DNA of 64,000 nt from an uncultured Candidatus Saccharibacteria bacterium (GTDB taxonomy: Bacteria > Patescibacteriota > Minisyncoccia > Phycocordibacterales > SBAW01), in NCBI GenBank assembly GCA_964650645.1, contig CAZYUH010000001.1, positions 15,373 to 79,372 on the forward strand. The letters are read 5' to 3'. A program made the position numbers and the translations under genes. The notes below the pieces were generated by a model, which was not told where the DNA came from, made no database searches, and was given only the letters and a program-made list of their open reading frames with translations. How positions within the stretch are numbered: position 1 is the stretch's first letter; every line of letters starts with the position of its first letter. Shown here piece by piece: positions 47,496 to 59,022 of the stretch.

Positions 47496-48386
47496 TTAGG
47501 GCTTAAGTAAAGCCTTAATGCGGTCCTCTATGGGCGGATGGGTCATGAAGAGCTTGCTGAGGCCCGACATGGCCGCCTTGGGGCCGAAGGGGTTTGAAAT
47601 GTAGAGGTGCGCGGTGGCGTTGTTGGCGCGCCGCATAGGCTGGCTATAGCCGCCTATTTTCTGCAGGGCGCTTGCCAGGCCCTCGGGGTAGCGGGTCAAA
47701 AGGGCGCCCGAGGCGTCAGCCAGGAACTCGCGCTTGCGCGATATGGCGAGCTGGATGAGCGTCGCGACTATGGGCGAAAGTATGATGAACGCCACCGCCA
47801 CCAGCATGAGTACGGGGTTCTTGTTCTCGCGGTCGCGACCTCCCCCGCCGAAGAGGCTCGCGCGCAGGAAGAAGTCCGAGACGAGCGTCACGAAGCCCAC
47901 CAGCACCACGGCGACGGTCGACACCAGCATGTCGCGGTTGCCGATGTGGCTTAATTCGTGCGCCAGCACGCCCTCAAGCTCGGCGCGGTCCATCATGCCC
48001 AAAAGGCCCGTGGTAACCGCCACGGCCGCATGCTCCTTATTGCGCCCGGTAGCGAAGGCATTGGGCGCCGGGTCTTCAATGACGTACACTTTCGGCTTGG
48101 GCAGGCCGGCCGTAATGGCGAGATTCTCGATAATGTTATTGAGGTCGGGGTACTCCGACTCGCTCGCGGGCCGGGCCCCGGACATGGCAATGACCACCTT
48201 ATCGGAATTCCAGTAGGCGAATATGTTGGTCGCGACGGAGAATATGACCGCGAAGAAGAGGATGCCCGGATTGTCAAAGTAGTACGAGACGCCCCAGCCG
48301 ATAGCGACGACCACGGCGAAGAAGACCGACATGAGCACCCACGTCTTAGCGATGTTCGATTCCTGGTGCGTATAGAGCGTTGCCAT
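47496..48386 (-). CDS. htpX: Zinc metalloprotease HtpX (M48)
   Basis: PNAFATG, AHELSH, SRKREFLAD, THPP. Confidence 0.93.
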   Translation of the reverse strand: MATLYTHQESNIAKTWVLMSVFFAVVVAIGWGVSYYFDNPGILFFAVIFSVATNIFAYWNSDKVVIAMSGARPASESEYPDLNNIIENLAITAGLPKPKVYVIEDPAPNAFATGRNKEHAAVAVTTGLLGMMDRAELEGVLAHELSHIGNRDMLVSTVAVVLVGFVTLVSDFFLRASLFGGGGRDRENKNPVLMLVAVAFIILSPIVATLIQLAISRKREFLADASGALLTRYPEGLASALQKIGGYSQPMRRANNATAHLYISNPFGPKAAMSGLSKLFMTHPPIEDRIKALLKP

Positions 48387-48453
48387 GAGGATTTAAGAAT
48401 ACCGTTTTTATGCAAAAACAAAAGGGCGGCCTTGGCAGGCCGCCCGTTTCTGC

Positions 48454-48779
48454 TCACACATGGTCAACGCGCTCAAGGAAAACGCGCTCGCTGAACCCTC
48501 CCATCTCAGCGCGCCTCCTTTCCTGGAAGGTCCTGACCTCGGCCATGGAAAGGCAGTGGGCCTCAAGGAAGGCGTCGAACGCCTCAAGCACGTCGGCGGC
48601 TTCGCTGATTATTTCGCCGCAATCCCTCGCGCCGGCGAGCTCCCCCGCTTCTTCGGCGACCTTCTGCGTGTAGCCTCCGCGAACTCGGCATCGCCGAGGA
48701 CGCGGGTTACGGGCACCTCGCCGTTGGCCCGTATCTTGCCTGGAATACCGTCGCGTACCAGCTTAGGCACGAAAGCCAT
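48454..48779 (-). pseudogene. Frameshifted MazG-like nucleoside triphosphate pyrophosphohydrolase
   Basis: MAFVPKLVRDGIP... then frame change to KVAEEAGEL...EAADVLE...R.E.GGFSERVFL; 326 nt, not a multiple of 3. Confidence 0.75.
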
Positions 48780-48817
48780 ACCTGCCTCCTGTGGGGTTTA
48801 TCCAAAAGCACTCTACG

Positions 48818-49327
48818 CTAGGTGCCGGGCTTCTTCAACCGCTCCTCTACCATCCCAATCTCGTGGTCGATGCCCTGTATCAGCTCGTACGCATGCACCT
48901 CGTCGGCCCTTACCCAGGCGAACTCCGTCGCGTCGGCGTCCAGGACGACATCCCCGCTCTCGTACTTGCAGAAAAAGCTCAGCACTATCGCCGGCACGCC
49001 GTCGGGGCGGATGAACGTGAGATCCAAAAGGTACCGCACGTCGCTTACTTCCAGGCCCACCTCCTCGCGTATCTCGCGCCTGAGCGTGTTCTCGACCGCG
49101 CCGTACCACTGCGGGCTCTCGGAGTTGGCGTACGTCGCCTCGCCGTCCATGTAGTCGCGAGTCTCCAGCCCGCCGCCGGGCACGGTCCACTTATTGGGCC
49201 AGGCCTTCTTGGTGGGCGCGCGCTTGGTAATGAGGTAGCGCAGGGAGCCGTCCCCGTCCTTCTTCCAGACGATGCCGGTGATCGCTATGCGGTGGAGGTC
49301 CGTATGGACGGGCATTGGCGCCGCCAT
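48818..49327 (-). CDS. NUDIX hydrolase
   Basis: WTVPGG, LRREIREEVGL. Confidence 0.88.
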   Translation of the reverse strand: MAAPMPVHTDLHRIAITGIVWKKDGDGSLRYLITKRAPTKKAWPNKWTVPGGGLETRDYMDGEATYANSESPQWYGAVENTLRREIREEVGLEVSDVRYLLDLTFIRPDGVPAIVLSFFCKYESGDVVLDADATEFAWVRADEVHAYELIQGIDHEIGMVEERLKKPGT

Positions 49328-49330
49328 ACG

Positions 49331-49894
49331 CTAGGCGAAGGAAACCTTGACCGGCTCTTTCGCGGCGGCATCGGCCTCGCTAAGCTCGAAGAACTCGCGC
49401 GGCTCGAAGCGGAACATGCCGGCGATGACGTTGCCCGGAAAGGACTCGATGGACGTGTTGAGGTCGCGCACGTTGGTGTTGTAGAAGCGGCGCGCGGCCT
49501 GGATCTTGTTCTCGGTGTCCGAGAGCTCGCGCTGGAGCTCGATGAAGCTGGCGTTCGCCTTGAGGTCCGGATACGCCTCGGAGACCGCGAAGAGCGACTT
49601 GAGCGTATCGGAGAGCATGTTCTCCGCGCGGCCGCGGTCCTCGATGGAGTTCGCATCCATCGCGGCGGCGCGCGCGGCGGTCACCTTCTCGAGCGTGCCG
49701 GCCTCGTGCGTCGCGTAGCCCTTGACCGTCTCGACGAGGTTCGGGATGAGATCGTAGCGGCGCTTGAGCTGGACGTCGATGTCGGCCCACGCCTCCTTGG
49801 CGCGCTGAACGAGCCGCACGAAGCGGTTGTACGCGGCAATGGCCCAGATTACGAGTAGTACGGCGAGCCCCAGCACTATGTAGCCTGTATACAT
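49331..49894 (-). CDS. lemA: LemA family protein
   Basis: W.DIDVQLKRRYDLIPNLVETVKGY, E.YPDLKA, RRFYN; near htpX. Confidence 0.93.
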   Translation of the reverse strand: MYTGYIVLGLAVLLVIWAIAAYNRFVRLVQRAKEAWADIDVQLKRRYDLIPNLVETVKGYATHEAGTLEKVTAARAAAMDANSIEDRGRAENMLSDTLKSLFAVSEAYPDLKANASFIELQRELSDTENKIQAARRFYNTNVRDLNTSIESFPGNVIAGMFRFEPREFFELSEADAAAKEPVKVSFA

Positions 49895-50006
49895 GCGCTC
49901 ATTGTAGCAGGTCTGGCAGGATTGCAAGGGCCGTCCGCGCCCGCGCGGGCGCGGCAAAAAAGCGGCCCGGGACTCGTCCCGGGCCGCTTTTGCTTCGGTT
50001 TTTTAG

Positions 50007-51671
<1,665 letters not shown>

Positions 51672-51688
51672 TCAGTAAGGATGCGGGA

Positions 51689-52072
51689 TTAAAATACGAA
51701 CGTGATGCTGTCCTCGCGGATGAGGTAGTACTCGGTGCCGTTTATCTTCACCTCGTCGTAGCCGTACTTGGAGAACATGATGCGGTCGCCCTCCTTGACG
51801 CCCACCGGCACGAGCTCGTTATCGTTCCCGCGCTTGCCGGGGCCCACGGCCACGACCACACCCTGCTCGGGCTTTTCCTTCGCCTGGTCGGGAATGATGA
51901 GGCCGAACGAGGTCTTCTCTTCGGCGGCCTGCGGCTTAACGAGCACGCGGTCGCCGTAGGGTGTGCCGAGCGCGCTCCTTACGGGGGCCGGCGCGGCGGC
52001 CTTGCGTGCGGGGTTCGATGCTTTCTTCTGAGCCTTTGCGGCGGGCTTCTTCGCCTTTTTAGCTTTCTTCAT
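51689..52072 (-). CDS. groS: Co-chaperonin GroES with basic N-terminal extension
   Basis: P.GDRVLVK, GLIIPD.AKEKP..G.VVAVGPG. Confidence 0.93.
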   Translation of the reverse strand: MKKAKKAKKPAAKAQKKASNPARKAAAPAPVRSALGTPYGDRVLVKPQAAEEKTSFGLIIPDQAKEKPEQGVVVAVGPGKRGNDNELVPVGVKEGDRIMFSKYGYDEVKINGTEYYLIREDSITFVF

Positions 52073-52111
52073 ACAGGACATATAGTAGACGAAACGGCGC
52101 GTTTGGTGCAC

Positions 52112-52140
52112 TTGACACTATATATATTTGGGTGTATAAT
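52112..52140 (+). promoter_or_regulatory. Consensus sigma70 promoter
   Basis: TTGACA-17 bp-TATAAT; shares tttgggtgtataattaaaaaag with 12750-12771. Confidence 0.85.
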
Positions 52141-52188
52141 TAAAAAAGGACTGCACCGCCGGATTTTCGGCATAAAAAAGAGGCCCTC

Positions 52189-52521
52189 ATGCGGTATCCG
52201 TTCTTAGTTGCGATTGCGCTCGTTTTTGTTCCGGCCGCCGCTTTCGCGGCGGTCATGCCCGACCGCACCATTTCGGACAAGCGACCGGACGTGATGCCGC
52301 GCGTCCCCAAGCTCACGCCGGAAAAGCGGCGCGTGGAACCGCCGCCGCTTGAAGACGCCCTGAGCGGCAGAGGCGCGCCGAGCGCGAAGCCCGACCCGGC
52401 GGATGCCGCGCGCGCCTGCGCCGCGATTGCAGGCCGGCACCCGTGGACGCTTTCGAGCACGCTGTCTTCAAAAGGGTTCGTTCTTGAATGCAGCGTACGC
52501 CTTGAAAAGCCGGACAAATAG
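52189..52521 (+). CDS. Secreted hypothetical protein
   Basis: Signal peptide (AFA), Pro-rich linker, two Cys. Confidence 0.65.
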   Translation: MRYPFLVAIALVFVPAAAFAAVMPDRTISDKRPDVMPRVPKLTPEKRRVEPPPLEDALSGRGAPSAKPDPADAARACAAIAGRHPWTLSSTLSSKGFVLECSVRLEKPDK

Positions 52522-52625
52522 CGCCGCGCCCGCCTATGCAGGCCCCGCCGCCGCCCCTTGAAGGGGCGGCGGCTTTTCCTTTGGGCCCGTTGCGGGGCTT
52601 TTTTTATGTGGTACTATGCGTACCA

Positions 52626-52853
52626 ATGACTCTCGCAGGGATACTTCCCTATATCCAGCTGGTGCTGTCGGTGCTGCTCATTGCCAGCATCCTCCTCCAG
52701 CAGACGGGCGCCAGCCTCGGCGGCGCTTTCGGCGGCGACAACTTCTCCGCGGCGTACCACACCCGCCGCGGCAGCGAGCTGTTCCTCTACTGGGCGAGCA
52801 TAGTCATCGGGGTCCTGTTCGCAGGAACCTCGCTCCTCATCCTCGCACTCTAA
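52626..52853 (+). CDS. secG: Preprotein translocase subunit SecG
   Basis: ILLQQ.GA.LGGAFGG......TRRG.E. Confidence 0.9.
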   Translation: MTLAGILPYIQLVLSVLLIASILLQQTGASLGGAFGGDNFSAAYHTRRGSELFLYWASIVIGVLFAGTSLLILAL

Positions 52854-52859
52854 ACTACC

Positions 52860-54587
52860 GTGAACTTTCCCAGGCTCCGCCTGCCGCTTCTCGATAAAGC
52901 GCAGCATACGCTCGATTCCTTCACCGCCTCGGGCCGGGCGCTCTTCCTCTTCTTCGCGGCGCTGTGCGCGGCCTCGACCATCGGCCTCGTGTACGTCCTC
53001 AACGCCTCGCTGCTCGTCGCGGCGCCCGCGCGCGGCGGCTCGCTTACGGAAGGCCTCCTGGGCAGCCCGCGCTTCATAAACCCCGTCCTGGCGCTCTCAG
53101 ACGCCGACCGCGACCTCACCGCGCTCGCCTACTCGGGCCTCCTGCGCGCGACGCCCGACGGCGGCTACGAGCCCGACCTCGCGAGCGGCTACACCGTCTC
53201 GGACGACGGGCGCGTCTACACTTTCACCATGCGCGACGGCGCCACCTTCCACGACGGCACGCCCGTCACGGCCGAGGACGTCGCCTACACCGTGCAGAAG
53301 ATACAGGACCCAGCGCTCAAGTCGCCCCTGCGCGCCAATTGGGACGGCGTCATCGCCGAAGCCCCCGACGCGCGTACGGTGCGCTTCACGCTCAAGGCGC
53401 CCTACGCCCCGTTCATAAAGAACCTCACGCTGGGCATCCTGCCGCACGCGCTGTGGGGCGGCGCGTCCGACGAGGAGTTCTCGTTCAGCGAGCTCAATTC
53501 CTCGCCCGTGGGCTCGGGCCCCTACCGCGTGGAAAAGGTCACCCGCACCGCCTCGGGCATCCCCTCGTCCTACCAGCTCAAGCCCTTCGCGGGCTACGCT
53601 TTGGGACAGCCGTACCTCTCGCTCACCCTGCGCTTCTACCAGAACGAGGACGACCTGGTGCAGGCGCTCAAGGAGGGCGACATAGACGCGGCGAGCGGCC
53701 TCTCTCCCGAGAAGCTCGCCGGGCTCAAGGGCGCCGACATCGCCACGGCCCCCGTCAACCGCGTGTTCGGCGTCTTCTTCAACCAGAACCAGTCCGAGCT
53801 CCTGCGCCAGAAGCCCGTGCGGGAGGCGCTCGACGCGGCCATAGACCGCGAGGACCTCGTCAGCAAGGTCCTGGGCGGCTACGGCACGCCGCTGTCGGGC
53901 CCCGTGCCGCCGTCCGCCCTGCCGCAGGCGGAAGGGTCGAGCACGCCCAAGGGCCTGGAGGCCGCGCGCGAGATGCTGGCGCAGGACGGCTGGGAAATGG
54001 GCGAGAACGGCGTACTAATGAAGGAAGGCTCGGGCCCCGGCGCCGAGGCACAGGCGCTCTCGTTCGATTTGGCGACCGCCAACGTGCCCGAGCTGCGCGC
54101 GGCGGCGCAATACCTGCATGACGAGTGGGCGAAACTCGGCGTGCAGGCCAACGTGAAGGTGTTCGAGGCGGGCGACCTCTCGCAGAACGTCATACGCCCG
54201 CGCCACTACGACGCGCTCCTCTTCGGCGAGGTCATCGGCCGCGAGCTCGACCTGTTCGCCTTCTGGCACTCGAGCCAGCGCAACGACCCGGGCCTCAACG
54301 TGGCGGGCTACGCGAACGCCGACGCCGACCGCGCCCTGGAAGAGCTGCGCCAGACGTCCGAGCCCGCCCGCCGGGCCGCGCTGTACAGGGAGTTCTCCGA
54401 CGAGCTCGCCGCAGACGTCCCCGCCGTATTTCTCTACGCGCCGGATTTCGTGTATAGTATCCCTAACGACATTCAGGGACTCGACCTAGGCCTTATAGAA
54501 ACGCCGAGCGACCGCTTTTCGAGCGTCACTCAGTGGCATCGCGAAGTGGACTATGTCTGGCCGTTGTTCGCAGCCCGCAGGAAATAA
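52860..54587 (+). CDS. Peptide ABC transporter substrate-binding protein (family 5)
   Basis: PDLA..Y.VS.DG..YTF...FHDG.PVTAEDV, P.GSGPY. Confidence 0.9.
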   Translation: MNFPRLRLPLLDKAQHTLDSFTASGRALFLFFAALCAASTIGLVYVLNASLLVAAPARGGSLTEGLLGSPRFINPVLALSDADRDLTALAYSGLLRATPDGGYEPDLASGYTVSDDGRVYTFTMRDGATFHDGTPVTAEDVAYTVQKIQDPALKSPLRANWDGVIAEAPDARTVRFTLKAPYAPFIKNLTLGILPHALWGGASDEEFSFSELNSSPVGSGPYRVEKVTRTASGIPSSYQLKPFAGYALGQPYLSLTLRFYQNEDDLVQALKEGDIDAASGLSPEKLAGLKGADIATAPVNRVFGVFFNQNQSELLRQKPVREALDAAIDREDLVSKVLGGYGTPLSGPVPPSALPQAEGSSTPKGLEAAREMLAQDGWEMGENGVLMKEGSGPGAEAQALSFDLATANVPELRAAAQYLHDEWAKLGVQANVKVFEAGDLSQNVIRPRHYDALLFGEVIGRELDLFAFWHSSQRNDPGLNVAGYANADADRALEELRQTSEPARRAALYREFSDELAADVPAVFLYAPDFVYSIPNDIQGLDLGLIETPSDRFSSVTQWHREVDYVWPLFAARRK

Positions 54588-54665
54588 CCGAGGAGCGCGT
54601 CCGGCCGGGAGCACCCCTATTTGCTCGAACCGTTTAAACAATAGCGATAACTTAGCTTAACAAGC

Positions 54666-56603
54666 ATGGAAGAAAAGAAACACGCGGGCTCTGCCCGCCA
54701 GGCGCGCTCCGGGCAGCCGCAAGGAGGCAGCAGCCGGTCCGCGCGCGGATCCCAGGGCGCGGCGCGCGGCGCGGGAAACGGGCGCGGGCGCGGCGGCTCC
54801 AACCGCTCGGGCGGAAGCCGCGGGCGCGGGCGCCTGCGCCAGGGCGGCCCCAAGCCGCACCAGCCGCACCCCGTGCGCCCCGAGCTGGTCCAGACCAGCA
54901 GCGGCGACGAGAAGCCCATTCCGCCGCTCGCCCCCGGCAACATCCGCATCATCCCGCTGGGCGGCGTCGAGGAGATCGGCCGCAACATGACCATGGTCGA
55001 GTTCGGCGACGATATCGTCATCATCGACTGCGGCTTCCAGTTCCGCGAGGACGACACGCCGGGCATCGACTACATCCTGCCCAACACCAAGTACCTCGAG
55101 GAGCGCCGGGACAAGATCCGCGGCATGTTCATCACGCACGGCCACCTCGACCACATCGGCGGCATTCCCTACATAATCGACCGCATCGGCTACCCGCCGG
55201 TCTACACCCGCGAGCTCACGTCCGTCATGATCCGCAAGCGCCAGGAGGAGTTCCCCAACCTCAAGCCCCTCACCATCCACGAGGTCGAGAAGGACGACAC
55301 CATCAGGGTCGGCGGCATCCGCGTGCGCTTCTTCTCCGTGTACCACACCATCCCCGACTCCATGGGCATCGTCATCGAGACGCCCTACGGCGACCTCGTA
55401 TTCACCGGCGACCTCAGGCTCGACCACGTGGACGGCGTGCCGACCGAGCAGGAGGAGAAGGAATTCTCGTGGTTCGCGGACCGCAAGGTGCTCTTTTTGG
55501 CCGCGGACTCGACCAACGTCGAGCGCCCCGGCTTCTCCCTCCCCGAGCGCGTCGTCCGCAAGAACCTCGACGAGATCATCGCCACGACCCCGGGCCGCCT
55601 CATCATCGGCACGTTCTCCTCGCAGCTCGAGCGCCTCATGCGCATGATCGAGCAGGCCGAGCGCGTCGGGCGCAAGATCCTCATCGAGGGACGCTCAATG
55701 AAGGTCAACATCGAGATAGTGAAGCACCTCGGCCTCCTGAAGGTGGACGAGAAGACCTTCATAGACGCCGCCCAGCTCGAGCACATTCCCGACAGCAAGG
55801 TGGCGGTGCTTGCCACGGGCGCGCAGGGCGACGAGTTCGCCGCGCTCATGCGCATCGCCATGAAGACGCACAAGAACGTCAAGATCAAGAAGGGCGACAC
55901 CATCGTGCTCTCCTCCTCCGTCGTCCCGGGCAACGAGCGCTCAGTGCAGAAGCTCAAGGACAACCTCTCGCGCCAGGGCGCCAAGATAATCCACCGCGAC
56001 ACCATGGACGTGCACGCCTCCGGCCACGCCAACCGCGACGAGACCTTCTGGATCCACCAGAAGATAAACCCCAAGTTCTTCATGCCCCTGCACGGCTACC
56101 ACTACATGCTGCGCGTGCACGCCGACATCGCCAAGGCCCGCGGCCTCCAGGACGACGAGATAGTGATCCCCGACAACGGCTCGATAATCGAGATACAGGA
56201 CGAGGGCAGCAAGATCGTGCGCCTCAAGGAATCGGCTCCCAATTCCCTGCGCCTCGTGGACGGCTTCGCCATCGGCGACATCCAGGAGGTGGTCATCCGC
56301 GACCGCACGGTGCTGGCGCAGGAGGGCATGTTCGTCATCATCGCGACCGTCAACCCCAAGACCGGCAAGCTGCGCAAGAGCCCCGACATCATTTCCCGCG
56401 GCTTCGTGTACCTGCGCGAAAACCAGGACCTCCTCAACCAGGCGCGCATCCTCGTCAAGAAGTCCATTGAGGACGCGGCGAAGGGCCAGCAGCCGGTCAA
56501 CTTCGATTTCGTGAAGAACCAGGTGACCGACAGCCTCGCGCGCTTCCTCTTCGAGAAGACCAACAAGCGCCCCATCGTCATCCCGGTAGTGCTCGGCGTC
56601 TAG
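54666..56603 (+). CDS. rnj: Ribonuclease J
   Basis: PLGGVEEIGRNM, THGHLDHIGG, HASGH. Confidence 0.95.
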   Translation: MEEKKHAGSARQARSGQPQGGSSRSARGSQGAARGAGNGRGRGGSNRSGGSRGRGRLRQGGPKPHQPHPVRPELVQTSSGDEKPIPPLAPGNIRIIPLGGVEEIGRNMTMVEFGDDIVIIDCGFQFREDDTPGIDYILPNTKYLEERRDKIRGMFITHGHLDHIGGIPYIIDRIGYPPVYTRELTSVMIRKRQEEFPNLKPLTIHEVEKDDTIRVGGIRVRFFSVYHTIPDSMGIVIETPYGDLVFTGDLRLDHVDGVPTEQEEKEFSWFADRKVLFLAADSTNVERPGFSLPERVVRKNLDEIIATTPGRLIIGTFSSQLERLMRMIEQAERVGRKILIEGRSMKVNIEIVKHLGLLKVDEKTFIDAAQLEHIPDSKVAVLATGAQGDEFAALMRIAMKTHKNVKIKKGDTIVLSSSVVPGNERSVQKLKDNLSRQGAKIIHRDTMDVHASGHANRDETFWIHQKINPKFFMPLHGYHYMLRVHADIAKARGLQDDEIVIPDNGSIIEIQDEGSKIVRLKESAPNSLRLVDGFAIGDIQEVVIRDRTVLAQEGMFVIIATVNPKTGKLRKSPDIISRGFVYLRENQDLLNQARILVKKSIEDAAKGQQPVNFDFVKNQVTDSLARFLFEKTNKRPIVIPVVLGV

Positions 56604-56675
56604 CCGCGCCTTGCGGCAAAGCGCCCCTTGCTGTAGGGTAATGCCGGACAATCGGCCAGCAAAGGAGCAGACCAT

Positions 56676-56954
56676 ATGGCCAGGAAGGCTAAGAAGGCCA
56701 AGCGCGCGTTCAGTCAAGAGCACCGCGCCGCGCTGAAGAAGGCCGCGTTGCGGCGCGGCAGGAAAAGCAAGGCGGCCGCGGCGGAAAGCCCCGGCGCGCG
56801 CAAGAAGCCAAAAATCGTCCGCTCCCACGAAGGGATCCGCATACTGGTGCGCCAGGGCGGCGGCAAGGACATCGTGCAGGGCAATGCCGAGGAGATCATA
56901 CGGGCAGTGCGGGCGGTCAAAGAGATGTGCAGAACGTTCGGAGGGCGCAAATGA
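56676..56954 (+). CDS. Basic hypothetical protein
   Basis: Lys/Arg/Ala-rich, SD AAGGAG. Confidence 0.55.
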   Translation: MARKAKKAKRAFSQEHRAALKKAALRRGRKSKAAAAESPGARKKPKIVRSHEGIRILVRQGGGKDIVQGNAEEIIRAVRAVKEMCRTFGGRK

Positions 56955-57151
56955 GCGGCGTTGGCACGGCGGTTCTCATAATCGCGTTCTGGGCGGGCTC
57001 CGGCGTGAGCACCCAGCAGGTCCCCTTCAAGAACCACAAGGCATGCGAGCGGGAGAAGAACTCCAGGCTGGACGAGCTGTCCCGTGAGTTCGTGGAGAAG
57101 AGCAGCAGCGGGCAGATGGTCGTCAGCGGAACCTGCTTCGACCTTAGATGA
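56951..57151 (+). CDS. Small secreted hypothetical protein
   Basis: ATGA overlap with previous gene; hydrophobic N-terminus, F....AC...C pattern. Confidence 0.55.
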   Translation: MSGVGTAVLIIAFWAGSGVSTQQVPFKNHKACEREKNSRLDELSREFVEKSSSGQMVVSGTCFDLR

Positions 57152-57198
57152 GGGGGCGGGACGAGCAAGCGGGGGCGCGGCGCATGCCGCGCCCTTTT

Positions 57199-57903
57199 TC
57201 ATTTCGAATCGAGCGCCTTCGCTATCTCCTTCTCGCTTGCCCCGCGCGCCAGAAGCTCGCGGAGCTTTTTTGCGCGCTTCTGCCTGGCGCTCCCCTCGAA
57301 TGCGCTCTGCTTCTTGTAGTGCGCGCTCTTCTGGTTGAGCCGCACGCCCTGGCGCTTGAGGTGGCTTCCGTAATCCATGAGCGCCGCGTAGAACTCGCGC
57401 GGCTCCATCTTCGACTCCTTAAGCGCCCGCCCGACCAGCGGCAGGAGCTCGCGGTCATCTATTCCGGTCTTTTGCAAAGCACCGGAATAGATATGGTGGA
57501 AGAACACGGTGCGGATGTTTGTTTCTATGAACACGACGGGCTCGTTGTAGGCGAACGCGCGCACGGCCGCGGCGGTGTAGGGCCCCACGCCCGGCAGCTT
57601 CCCTTCCCATCCGTCTTTTGAAATGATCTTCGCGGCCTCCCACAGGTACTTGCCGCGGCGGTTGTAGCCCAGGCCCTGCCAGGCCTTCAAGACGCGCGAG
57701 AGCGGCGCCATGGCAAGCACGCGCGCTGAAGGAAACTGCCGCATCCACCGCTCGTAGTACGGGATGACGCGCTCGACCTGCGTCTGCTGGAGCATCACCT
57801 CGCTCACTAAAATTTTGTACGGGTCATGCGTGGCGCGCCACGGAAGGTGCGCGCGGGCGCCCGTCTTATAGAATTTCTTAAGCTCGCGCAGGAGTTCCGG
57901 CAC
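57199..57903 (-). CDS. mutY: A/G-specific adenine glycosylase (short form)
   Basis: LPWR, VSEVMLQQTQV.RV, WQGLGYNRR, LPGVGPYTA; no Fe-S cysteines. Confidence 0.88.
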   Translation of the reverse strand: MPELLRELKKFYKTGARAHLPWRATHDPYKILVSEVMLQQTQVERVIPYYERWMRQFPSARVLAMAPLSRVLKAWQGLGYNRRGKYLWEAAKIISKDGWEGKLPGVGPYTAAAVRAFAYNEPVVFIETNIRTVFFHHIYSGALQKTGIDDRELLPLVGRALKESKMEPREFYAALMDYGSHLKRQGVRLNQKSAHYKKQSAFEGSARQKRAKKLRELLARGASEKEIAKALDSK

Positions 57904-57961
57904 CCGCGCATGATACCAAAAATCCCCGGCCTTTTGGGCCGGGGATCCTTGCTGACCTGAC

Positions 57962-58213
57962 TTACGCCTTGGGGCGTGCGTCGGAAACCGTGAGCATGCG
58001 ACCGCCGAAGTCCTTGCCATTCCACATGTCGATGGCCTTGTCCGCGTCCGGGTCGTTGGCCATCTCCACGAAGCCGAAGCCCCGGGAGCGGCCGGTCTCG
58101 CGATCGGTCACGATGGATGCGGATGCGACCTCGCCCGCCTGGGCGAACGCATCGCGCAACTCATCACCTGTCGTGCGGTACGGAAGACCGCCGACAAAGA
58201 GTTTGCGTGCCAT
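57962..58213 (-). CDS. RRM RNA-binding protein
   Basis: LFVGGL (RNP2), RGFGFVEM (RNP1). Confidence 0.93.
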   Translation of the reverse strand: MARKLFVGGLPYRTTGDELRDAFAQAGEVASASIVTDRETGRSRGFGFVEMANDPDADKAIDMWNGKDFGGRMLTVSDARPKA

Positions 58214-58317
58214 GATTCTACGAAAACAACTTTTTGCTAATTGTCCTTCGTAAGGCGACCCTCCTGCCGCCGAACTGGCACATGGAGAAACTTACTACGA
58301 ACGCCTTTACTGTAGCA

Positions 58318-59022
58318 CTAGAAGGCGGGACGCGCAATGACCACCAGCCGCTTGTCGAAGGTGCGCTCCTCCTCTATCCATTCGCCGTCGCAGGTAATGA
58401 GCACGAGCTGGGAGGGGCCCGTGGTTGAGAAAATCTCCGCCAAGGGCGCGCGGTCGGTGTCGTACAGGTCCGTTTTCGCGACCTCGTACACCAGCGTGCG
58501 GCCGTCTGCGTCCGAAACGGTCACGTAGTCGCCCGGGCGTATCTGCGAGAGGTGCTGGAAGACGCCTGCCTTGGTGAGCCCGTTGTTAACGTGCCCGTCG
58601 AACACGGCGCTTCCCTTCTCCCCGGGCTTCGAGCCCTCGCTCCACCACCCTACGTTCATGAAATCGGCGGGCGTGCCCATGGTGCCGTCGGCCTTGCGGC
58701 CGACCTCCTCCACCTTGGCGCTGATGCCGAGCGACGGCACCTTGAGGACCGCCGGCACGAGCGCGCCGGTCGTGCTGGCCGAGGCTTCCGGCACGAGCGC
58801 CGGAGCGGGCGCCTCGTTTTTCGGGCGCATGAGCGCGCCCGCGGGCGCGAACGCATCGAACAGCGCGCCATCTCCCGCGGCCTTGCCCGCCACGCGCGCG
58901 GTGACGTCGGCGAGGCCGTACAGCACCACGAAAATGCCTGCCGCCAGGGCGGCGTAGCGCAGGGCGCGGGCCGCGCGCGACTCCGGCTTAGCGGGTGACG
59001 ATAGCGAAAGCTTTCCGTGCAT
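58318..59022 (-). CDS. Class F sortase
   Basis: PGE.G.AV.DGHV, LVLITC, R.VV catalytic triad. Confidence 0.9.
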   Translation of the reverse strand: MHGKLSLSSPAKPESRAARALRYAALAAGIFVVLYGLADVTARVAGKAAGDGALFDAFAPAGALMRPKNEAPAPALVPEASASTTGALVPAVLKVPSLGISAKVEEVGRKADGTMGTPADFMNVGWWSEGSKPGEKGSAVFDGHVNNGLTKAGVFQHLSQIRPGDYVTVSDADGRTLVYEVAKTDLYDTDRAPLAEIFSTTGPSQLVLITCDGEWIEEERTFDKRLVVIARPAF

